From assembly GCA_905182715.1 (NCBI GenBank), contig CAJJCP010000003.1:3580-67579 (forward strand): DNA of 64,000 bases. The letters run 5' to 3'. The notes below the pieces were generated by a model. That model saw only the letters and a list, made by a program, of their open reading frames with translations, did no database searches and was not told where the DNA came from. Every line of letters begins with the position of its first letter. Positions within the stretch are counted from its first letter, which is position 1. Shown here piece after piece: positions 26,716-34,438 of this stretch. The DNA is from an uncultured Candidatus Poseidoniales archaeon (GTDB lineage: Archaea; Thermoplasmatota; Poseidoniia; Poseidoniales; Poseidoniaceae). The position numbers and the translations under genes are program-made.

Positions 26716-28488
26716 ATGTCGGATGTAGGGCCTTTCAAGCGACTTCTTGTCTACATGCGTTCTCACCGAGGCACCATACGACTTGCTTCTGCGTGTTCTG
26801 TTATCAACAAGGTATGGGATTTAGCACCACCTTTGTTGATTGGATTAGCAGTCGACGTTGTTGTTTTGAAGGAGGATTCGTTACTCGCTTCGCTCGGTTT
26901 AGTTGATCCTTGGCATCAATTGGTATTACTCTCCATACTCACATTTGCGATTTGGGGGCTCGAATCTTTGTTCGAATACTTTTACGGTATACTCTGGAGA
27001 AATTTGGCTCAAACTGTTCAACATGAGTTACGACTCGATACGTTTAATCACGTCCAAAAACAAGGGATGGGGTGGTTCGATGAGCGGCAAAAGGGAGATA
27101 TTTTAGCAATACTCAACGATGATGTCAATCAACTCGAACGGTTTTTGGACAAAGGGGCGAACGATTTTCTCCAAGTCAGCACCACTGTCATTGTAGTTGG
27201 TGGCGTCTTTTTGTTTATTTCCTGGAAGGTTGCTTTGTTTGCAGTCCTTCCAATTCCTGTCATCATATGGGGGTCGTTTCGATATCAAAAAAGTCTCGAA
27301 CCGAGGTATGCAGAAGTTCGGAAATCTGCAGGGGCAATGAATGCTCTGCTCGAGAACGATTTATCCGGAATGTCAACAATTCAATCCTTCACTGCTGAAG
27401 AGCGTGAAATGAAGCGGGTAGAGGTGTTGAGTAACCAATACCGAGATGCAAATCGAGAAGCAATTCGCTTGTCTGCCGCATTTACTCCACTTATTCGCAT
27501 GGCAATCTTGTGTGGCTTTACCGCAACTCTCCTTCTCGGAGGATGGATGACATTGGAGGGTACGTTGGCGGTCGGAGCGTATTCCGTACTTGTGTTCATG
27601 ACGCAGAGATTGCTTTGGCCATTGACTCGCCTCGGTGAAACTTTTGACCTGTACCAAAGGGCAATGGCGTCTTCGACGCGCGTGCTTGATGTGCTTACTT
27701 CACCGACTGAAATCAAGCAAGGTGCGTATGCTCCTCCACTCGAAGATATCGAAGCATCGTCAATTGTGTTTTCAGATGTTGATTTTTCATACCCGGGGCG
27801 AGACCCCGTGTTTTCGAACCTGAATTTAGAATTGCGTTCGGGAGAGACTGTTGGCGTGGTCGGTTCAACCGGCGCAGGTAAAACCACATTGATCCGCTTG
27901 CTGTTACGATTTGCAGAACCTACTGAAGGAACAATTGAATGGGCAGGTAAACCTCTCGATCAATGGCGTCTAGAACGATTGCGTTCATCTATGGCTTTGG
28001 TCGACCAGCACATCACTCTGTTCCCTACGACGATTACAGAAAACATCCGCTACGGCAATCCTGATGCTGAGGACGAGTCGGTTTATGAAGCGGCTCGGCT
28101 GGCTGAGGTATCGGACTTTGTTGAGGACTTGCCGGACCAATGGAACACTTTGGTTGGCGAGGGGGGTCATCGTCTTTCTGGCGGTCAAAGGCAACGTTTG
28201 GCCATAGCGAGGGCAGTGCTCAAGGATGCGCCTCTCCTCATTCTCGATGAGGCAACCTCGGCTGTCGATAACGAAACCGAAGCTGCACTCCAACGCTCAA
28301 TCAACAAACTCTCACAAGATCGTACTGCAGTTATTATTGCTCATCGCCTTTCTACCGTCCGGAATGCCGACCGAATACTGGTGCTCGACCAAGGAAAGAT
28401 TGTCGAAGATGGCGCGCATGAAGATTTAGTTGAAAAGGGCGGGATTTACACTCGCATGTGGGCCGTTCAAACGGGTCAAAGCGAGTGA
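26716..28488 (+). CDS. ABC exporter, fused permease/ATPase (MsbA/MdlB type)
   Basis: Six-TM N-terminal half. Walker A GSTGAGKTT, signature LSGGQRQR, Walker B LILDEATSAVD. Confidence 0.9.
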   Translation: MSDVGPFKRLLVYMRSHRGTIRLASACSVINKVWDLAPPLLIGLAVDVVVLKEDSLLASLGLVDPWHQLVLLSILTFAIWGLESLFEYFYGILWRNLAQTVQHELRLDTFNHVQKQGMGWFDERQKGDILAILNDDVNQLERFLDKGANDFLQVSTTVIVVGGVFLFISWKVALFAVLPIPVIIWGSFRYQKSLEPRYAEVRKSAGAMNALLENDLSGMSTIQSFTAEEREMKRVEVLSNQYRDANREAIRLSAAFTPLIRMAILCGFTATLLLGGWMTLEGTLAVGAYSVLVFMTQRLLWPLTRLGETFDLYQRAMASSTRVLDVLTSPTEIKQGAYAPPLEDIEASSIVFSDVDFSYPGRDPVFSNLNLELRSGETVGVVGSTGAGKTTLIRLLLRFAEPTEGTIEWAGKPLDQWRLERLRSSMALVDQHITLFPTTITENIRYGNPDAEDESVYEAARLAEVSDFVEDLPDQWNTLVGEGGHRLSGGQRQRLAIARAVLKDAPLLILDEATSAVDNETEAALQRSINKLSQDRTAVIIAHRLSTVRNADRILVLDQGKIVEDGAHEDLVEKGGIYTRMWAVQTGQSE

Positions 28489-28537
28489 TTGCTACGCATT
28501 CGTTAGCAAAATATGGCTTCTATGGTAATTTACAGCC

Positions 28538-28545
28538 TATTATAA
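28538..28545 (+). promoter_or_regulatory. TATA-box-like element upstream of the rhodopsin gene
   Basis: tattataa lies ~30 nt upstream of ATG 28576. This spacing would give a very short or absent leader. Confidence 0.25.
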
Positions 28546-28575
28546 GGCCCGGGCCAAAAATAGTTTTTGAGTGAT

Positions 28576-29433
28576 ATGATAAATCAACGATTTTCAAAAA
28601 CCACGAGCCTGCTGTTAGTTGCCACATTCGCCCTTGCTTTCGCAGGAACGGTCAGCGCTGCTGACCCACTTCCAGTTGGAAAAAATGGACTGCCTGAATT
28701 CCTCGAAGGTGATACGCTAGCCACAATGACTTTCTTCTTGTTCTTTATTGGATACATCTCAATGGGTGCTGCATTCGTGTTCTTCATGAGTGAGCGAGGA
28801 AACGTTGCACCTCAGTACCGTACAACAATGACAATCTCAGCACTGATTGTCGGTATTGCCGCATTCCATTACTACTACATGCGTGGAGTCTACGCCGATT
28901 ACGGGGAAGTTTCAATTGAATACCGTTACATGGACTGGATTATTACAGTTCCATTGATGGCTCTCAAATTCCCTTCCCTCATCGGCAAGGGTGCAATCAC
29001 TGACACAAAGGTCGCTGGTCTTGGATTCACTGGAATCTGTTTCACTGGTGCTCTCATCATGATTGGATTCGGATATGCTGGCGAAGCTGGTTTAATGAAC
29101 GGCATGGCTGCATTGGTACTTGGTGGAGCAGGTTGGGCTATGATTATCGTAGCAACTGGAACCCCATGGACCTCTGGCCTTGGTGTCGACAACAGTAAAA
29201 TCGCACCTGAACTCATGTGGAGCGCAAACGCACTTCGCTGGTTCATCGTCGTCGGATGGATCATCTACCCTCTCGGCTACCTCTTTAGCCCTCAAGTTGA
29301 TTTGCTCGATGGTAACCAAGAAGCTATGGCTGTTGCTTACAATATTGCAGACATCATCAACAAGATCGGTTTCGGTGTTGTTGCATGGATGGGTGCTAAG
29401 AAAGCAACCGAAGCTCTTGCTGCTTCAGAGTGA
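28576..29433 (+). CDS. proteorhodopsin-family microbial rhodopsin (DTK motif, Met at tuning site 105)
   Basis: Helix C RYMDWIITVPLMALKF aligns with green PR RYIDWLLTVPLLICEF. His75 context AFHYYYMRG. Helix G retinal lysine in YNIADIINKIGFG. Signal peptide MINQRFSKTTSLLLVATFALAFAGTVSA. Confidence 0.9.
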   Translation: MINQRFSKTTSLLLVATFALAFAGTVSAADPLPVGKNGLPEFLEGDTLATMTFFLFFIGYISMGAAFVFFMSERGNVAPQYRTTMTISALIVGIAAFHYYYMRGVYADYGEVSIEYRYMDWIITVPLMALKFPSLIGKGAITDTKVAGLGFTGICFTGALIMIGFGYAGEAGLMNGMAALVLGGAGWAMIIVATGTPWTSGLGVDNSKIAPELMWSANALRWFIVVGWIIYPLGYLFSPQVDLLDGNQEAMAVAYNIADIINKIGFGVVAWMGAKKATEALAASE

Positions 29434-30462
29434 TTTTCGAATCCTCTTGAGTATTGTCTCGAAGTTGACGTGCGGCCATTGCTTCAGCCACAAGGCTGAA
29501 ACTGGTATCCATGCCAACGTGTAGAGTAAGACAGCTACTGCAGATGTCTCTAACCCCCATTGGTGAATGGTATCAAAATCATTCATCAGTGACAGGGGAA
29601 TGAAGTGGACAAGGTAAATGGTCAGCGAAATTTGACCTGTGCTGCTGAGAAAAGGCAACTCATACCGTTGTATGAATGTCCAGATCAGCAGCACACCTGT
29701 CGTTGCTGCAACAATGAATGCTGGATTTGCAGGAAAGAAAGTCAAGTAGGCATCCTCGGTCGGATGTGCCCATAGAGTGTTTTCGATGTTTGAATATACG
29801 AAAGTCGAGAGGCAGAATACCAATCCGAGGACGAGTGCAGATTTTGTGAACCTATTCTGTTGAAGTGTTTGGCTTGAATTCGAATGTGCCTCGGAGATTG
29901 TAGCGCCGAGTAATGCGAATACAATCCAAGGGAAAAGCGGATACGTACCGGTCAAAAATAAATTTGAGCCGATCGTGTACGCAGAATCATCACTCACTCG
30001 GTCAGACCATCCGCCTACACCTTGGATTTCTGGGAAAAAAAACTGTATTGTGAAAATCAGCGCTATTGTACTTGCAAGCGGTTGAATACTCAACAGCTTC
30101 ATTCGAGTTACGACGAATGGCAAAAGGAGAGTTAAAAGCCCCATAAGAGAAAGTACGCCTGGTGTGAGTGGATTAAACAAATGAGGCGAAGTAAAGTTCA
30201 CCAAAATCTGTGCTGTAAAAAGAAAAAGCGCTTGAAATGTTCTTGCTTTTATCGATAAGTGGCTGCGAACGATACCCCATCCAAATAAAGTCACGAAGAG
30301 GGGGGCTGCAAGCCCTCCAAGTCCTGAAACTACATAGGCTAAAACTGACGTTTGTGTGTCTTGAAATGGATTCCATGTAGCAGCTGCATGGACCATGACC
30401 ATCAAAAGTACTGCTGCTCCTCGAAGGCTGTCAATATGGGTGATGCGTTTTGTTTGTGACAT
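29425..30462 (-). CDS. polytopic membrane acyltransferase-like protein (DUF1624 / HGSNAT-like)
   Basis: N-terminal RITHIDSLRGAAVLLMVMVHA motif and ~10 TM helices. Start 30462 avoids overlap with purQ. The 3' end overlaps the rhodopsin stop by 9 nt (convergent). Confidence 0.55.
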   Translation of the reverse strand: MSQTKRITHIDSLRGAAVLLMVMVHAAATWNPFQDTQTSVLAYVVSGLGGLAAPLFVTLFGWGIVRSHLSIKARTFQALFLFTAQILVNFTSPHLFNPLTPGVLSLMGLLTLLLPFVVTRMKLLSIQPLASTIALIFTIQFFFPEIQGVGGWSDRVSDDSAYTIGSNLFLTGTYPLFPWIVFALLGATISEAHSNSSQTLQQNRFTKSALVLGLVFCLSTFVYSNIENTLWAHPTEDAYLTFFPANPAFIVAATTGVLLIWTFIQRYELPFLSSTGQISLTIYLVHFIPLSLMNDFDTIHQWGLETSAVAVLLYTLAWIPVSALWLKQWPHVNFETILKRIRKSL

Positions 30463-30466
30463 CGTA

Positions 30467-31321
30467 TCAACGGTTCCCCAAAACATATTCCACTGCATTA
30501 CGGAATATTTGGAGGCCTTCACCTTCCCATTCTCCGAGTGCCTCGCTGGTAAGTGGACCTGGTGCGCTGTTACGCGTATGGTCGGGGTGAAGCCATTTGG
30601 CATAGACTGCTTCAGGATGCGGCATAAGTCCGAATACCAAACCTGTTGCGTCACAAATTCCTGCAATGTTCCTCATACTCCCATTCGGAGAAAGGGGGAA
30701 GGGAAGTGGTTGATCTGTCATACCTTTGCCAACTGGAGTTGATGGGTCGACATAGCGTACTGTGAGTTGGTTATTTGCTGCAAGGGCGTCAAAGTCTGTT
30801 GCCGATGGCATGACAAATTTGCCTTCACCGTGACGTACTGGGCAGTCAATTCGCTGAATGTCTTTGGTCCAAATGCATGGGCTTTCTGCATCGAATTCAA
30901 GAGTGACCCAACGATCTTCGTATCTTCCTGAATCATTGAGTGTGAGACTCGCTCTTTGAACAAAATCAGGAAGGGGTGTTTGTGCACCGGGCCCTGGGAG
31001 GAGGCCTGTTTTGACAAGTACTTGGAAACCGTTACAGATTCCGATGATTGGTTTTCCTGCTGCGACAAACGCGTGTAATTGTTCTCGAAGTGCAAAACGC
31101 ATTCTGTTCCCCATCAAGCGGCCACTACCGAGGTGGTCTCCAAAAGAAAACCCTCCCGGGACTGCAAGAATTTCGAAGTCTTCGAGACTGCGATTGCCGG
31201 AAACGAAATTGTTTACGTGGACTCGTTCGGCATCTCCCCCGACTAAATTGAATACGGCTGCGGTTTCATGGTCGCAGTTAATACCGAAACCAAACAATAC
31301 TGCAACTTTAGGTGCGGCCAT
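30467..31321 (-). CDS. purQ: phosphoribosylformylglycinamidine synthase I, glutamine amidotransferase subunit
   Basis: VAVLFGFGINCDHE, nucleophile GICNGFQ, HPE. The ATG overlaps the purL stop (TAATG). Confidence 0.9.
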   Translation of the reverse strand: MAAPKVAVLFGFGINCDHETAAVFNLVGGDAERVHVNNFVSGNRSLEDFEILAVPGGFSFGDHLGSGRLMGNRMRFALREQLHAFVAAGKPIIGICNGFQVLVKTGLLPGPGAQTPLPDFVQRASLTLNDSGRYEDRWVTLEFDAESPCIWTKDIQRIDCPVRHGEGKFVMPSATDFDALAANNQLTVRYVDPSTPVGKGMTDQPLPFPLSPNGSMRNIAGICDATGLVFGLMPHPEAVYAKWLHPDHTRNSAPGPLTSEALGEWEGEGLQIFRNAVEYVLGNR

Positions 31322-34300
31322 TAAGCAACACCTCCAGTCATGTCAAGTGTCTTTTGCCACGCCTCGACCATTGAAGTCGTTTCAACGTCGATAAGAACAT
31401 CATAGCCATCTGAAATGGTGAGGTTTTCTGAATCGGTAACTGTGCCGAGCATTGTGATTGGATGGCCTGCCATCCATTTGATAAAAGCAGCTTCGTTTTC
31501 TGGTTGAACCCCAACCAAGAATCGGCCAAGTGATTCGCCCCAAAGGCGTGACCAGACACTTGCATTGCCCGTGCCATCAATGTCGATCTCCGCACCGACT
31601 CTTCCACCGATACACATTTCGGCCGCTGCAACTGCAACGCCGCCTTCTGAACAATCGTGTGCGGTTTGAATGAGGCCGGATTGGATAGCAGTCGAAAGCG
31701 CTCGATATGTTGTGATGTTGATTTCGGGGTGAAGCAGCAGTGGAACTTGCCCTCCAATGCCGTTTGCCTCTCCACTGTCTCGAAGCATGAAGGAGATTTC
31801 TGATGCCCCTAATTCTTCTTTTGATACGCCAACAAGATACACTTTTTCACCAGGGTTCTTGAAATCGCTGGTGGCGGTAAATCGTACATCAGGTTGGTCA
31901 CCAAAGACTGAATAAAGCAGCGTTGGAGGGATTGAAATTTTCTTTTCGCCTGTACCGTAATCGTTCTTCATCGAATCTTTTCCAGATACGCAAGGAAGCC
32001 TGTAGGCTCTACACACTCGTTCAAGTTCCCGATTTGCCCGGACTAATTGTGCGAGTTTGAATTTACCATCGGGAGTTTTGACAGATTCGATTGAGTCTGG
32101 CCAACAGAAGTTGTCTAAGCCGGCCATTTTGTCAACGTTGATTCCAGCGCATACTGCGTTACGGACTGCTTCGTCGATTGATGCTGCTGCCATTGCTCCA
32201 GCATCGAGGTCAGAATATCTCGGGGCAATTCCGCATGAAATTACCAGGCCGTGTGGGTCTCCATGGATTGGGGCAATAACGCCAGCATCGCCGGGACCGT
32301 CGCGTTCGACTCCGACGAATGGTTTGATTACTGTTTGAGCAATCACCTCATGGTCATATTGACGGACCCATGATTCTTTAGAAGCAATATTTGGTTGGGC
32401 CAACATTCGCAAAAGAAGGTTGGAGTGGCCAGCCTTTTCAGGTAAGGAAATTGTCTCGGGGGTGAAGAGTTCGGGGGTGGGGGTACGCCATTCGGATTCG
32501 AGTTGAAGTTGTGGGACCCCGTCATGGAGGAATTCAATCGAAAGGTAAGCCACGGTTTCATCTTCGTATTTGACGTGGAACATTCCGGTATTGGTGAAGG
32601 TTGCAACTGGTGTTGCTTCGACCTCGTGGAGTTGTGCCATTGCGTCAAATGCAGCACAGTCTTCTGGTTTGACTGCAATAGTCATGCGCTCTTGGCTCTC
32701 TGATACGAGAATTTCCCAAGCGGAAAGTCCCGGTTGCTTCAGTGGAACTTTGGCGAGATCAATTTCACACCCATCGGTGTAAGTTGCCATTTCTCCAATC
32801 GAGGATGAAAGTCCGCCAGCCCCGTTATCTGTGATGCATGAGATTAATCCGGCATCTCTCGCTTCAAGAACCATATCAAGCATTTTCTTTTGTGTGATTG
32901 GGTCTCCAATCTGTACTGCGCTCGAAGGGGATTCTTCTGTGAGTTCAAGTGATGAAAATGTTGCACCATGGATGCCGTCGTACCCGACTCTGCCTCCAAC
33001 CATGTAGACGATGTCGCCTGCAGTTGGTGTTTTGATATGGGATTCGCGGCCATCTGGGAGTTTTCGAGGCATAATTCCAACGGTTCCACAGTAAACAAGT
33101 GGTTTTCCAATATAGCGGTCATCGAAGACGATGGCCCCGTTTACTGTTGGAATGCCAGATTCGTTACCGCCAACACGCACTCCTGCGTGAACGCCTCGGA
33201 AAACGCGTGATGGGTGGAAGAGGTTGTCCGGTAAGTCGCCTTCCCAGTTTGGAGGGCCAAAGCAGAACACGTCCGTGTTAGCGATTGGTCGAGCCCCAAG
33301 CCCGGTTCCAAGAATATCCCGATTTACACCCACGATGCCCGTCATCGCCCCACCGTAGGGGTCAAGGGCTGAAGGGGAGTTGTGGGTTTCTGCCTTCATG
33401 CATACACTCCAATCGTCATTCCAAGCAATGACGCCAGAATTGTCGTGGAATACTGAAAGAAGCCAATCGACTTCTTTTTGCATATCGTGGGTTGGTTTCA
33501 TGATGTGGGTTTTGAAAATTGAATCAACATAGGAATCCTCTCCGGTCTCCAGGTCGATGTGATGTATCTTTGATGCGAATATTTTGTGTTTACAGTGTTC
33601 ACTCCATGTTTGGGCAAGACATTCGAGCTCGACATCTGTTGGCGCATCGGCAACAATGCCTACTGCTGCACGTGACTGACGAATGGCCTCATCGCGGTAA
33701 TGGGCCTGGATTGTTTGCATTTCTTCGAGGTTCAAAGCAAGAAGTCCTGTTTCAGAAAGAGAGAGAAGTTCTTCATCAGAAATTTCAAGATCCATTCTTT
33801 GTGGTGGAGTAAGTGTTTGCGGTGGTTTTTCGGGATAGTCTATTGCCGGCCACTGGGCGTTTGAACATCCTGCTGCATCTGCCGTCACGGCACGTTGAAT
33901 GAGATTATTATGCAGGGTGGAGGCAAGCCATTCGGGGGTTACCTCTTCGGGTAAACCGAAAAATGCATACGTGTGGTAGGTTGAAATTGATGCGCCAATT
34001 TGGTGGTCGTGGTGTGGGAAGATAGTTTTGAATCCATCAAAAGCTGCACTACCGGGGTTGTCAGTTACACCTGGTTTGAATCCGATTGTGATTGCAGCGT
34101 CGGGAGAAGTTGGAAAATGCTCTGAAGATGAAAGAAACAGTGTATCGGTAAGTACGTCCTCAATAATTGGGTCTGAGAACAGATCGTTGACGCGTTCTGC
34201 AATTTCGGACTTGTTAATGCTTGATTTAATCAAAAAACCGTTGATTGACCGGACTTCTTCAACCTTGATATTGTGGTCCGCCATCAATTGTCGTCGGACA

Positions 34301-34368
34301 ACGTCGCCGCGTACGTCTCGCATTCCTTCGCCTTGTTTCGGCGTCACCTCTACTCGTGTTACAGCCAT
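31321..34368 (-). CDS. purL: phosphoribosylformylglycinamidine synthase II with fused N-terminal PurS-like domain
   Basis: PurL core motifs (ETHNSPSALDPYGGA, DVTGGGL-type regions). N-terminal ~85 aa (VTRVEVTPKQGEGMRDVRGDVV...VEEVRSINGFLI) is PurS-like. Start at 34368; the track start 34518 would overlap uvrA. Confidence 0.9.
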   Translation of the reverse strand: MAVTRVEVTPKQGEGMRDVRGDVVRRQLMADHNIKVEEVRSINGFLIKSSINKSEIAERVNDLFSDPIIEDVLTDTLFLSSSEHFPTSPDAAITIGFKPGVTDNPGSAAFDGFKTIFPHHDHQIGASISTYHTYAFFGLPEEVTPEWLASTLHNNLIQRAVTADAAGCSNAQWPAIDYPEKPPQTLTPPQRMDLEISDEELLSLSETGLLALNLEEMQTIQAHYRDEAIRQSRAAVGIVADAPTDVELECLAQTWSEHCKHKIFASKIHHIDLETGEDSYVDSIFKTHIMKPTHDMQKEVDWLLSVFHDNSGVIAWNDDWSVCMKAETHNSPSALDPYGGAMTGIVGVNRDILGTGLGARPIANTDVFCFGPPNWEGDLPDNLFHPSRVFRGVHAGVRVGGNESGIPTVNGAIVFDDRYIGKPLVYCGTVGIMPRKLPDGRESHIKTPTAGDIVYMVGGRVGYDGIHGATFSSLELTEESPSSAVQIGDPITQKKMLDMVLEARDAGLISCITDNGAGGLSSSIGEMATYTDGCEIDLAKVPLKQPGLSAWEILVSESQERMTIAVKPEDCAAFDAMAQLHEVEATPVATFTNTGMFHVKYEDETVAYLSIEFLHDGVPQLQLESEWRTPTPELFTPETISLPEKAGHSNLLLRMLAQPNIASKESWVRQYDHEVIAQTVIKPFVGVERDGPGDAGVIAPIHGDPHGLVISCGIAPRYSDLDAGAMAAASIDEAVRNAVCAGINVDKMAGLDNFCWPDSIESVKTPDGKFKLAQLVRANRELERVCRAYRLPCVSGKDSMKNDYGTGEKKISIPPTLLYSVFGDQPDVRFTATSDFKNPGEKVYLVGVSKEELGASEISFMLRDSGEANGIGGQVPLLLHPEINITTYRALSTAIQSGLIQTAHDCSEGGVAVAAAEMCIGGRVGAEIDIDGTGNASVWSRLWGESLGRFLVGVQPENEAAFIKWMAGHPITMLGTVTDSENLTISDGYDVLIDVETTSMVEAWQKTLDMTGGVA

Positions 34369-34438
34369 GAAGTACACCCGCCCCCTACGGGGGCGTATAG
34401 AACGCCGTTGACTACGCTCTTTGAACAATACGGAAGGT

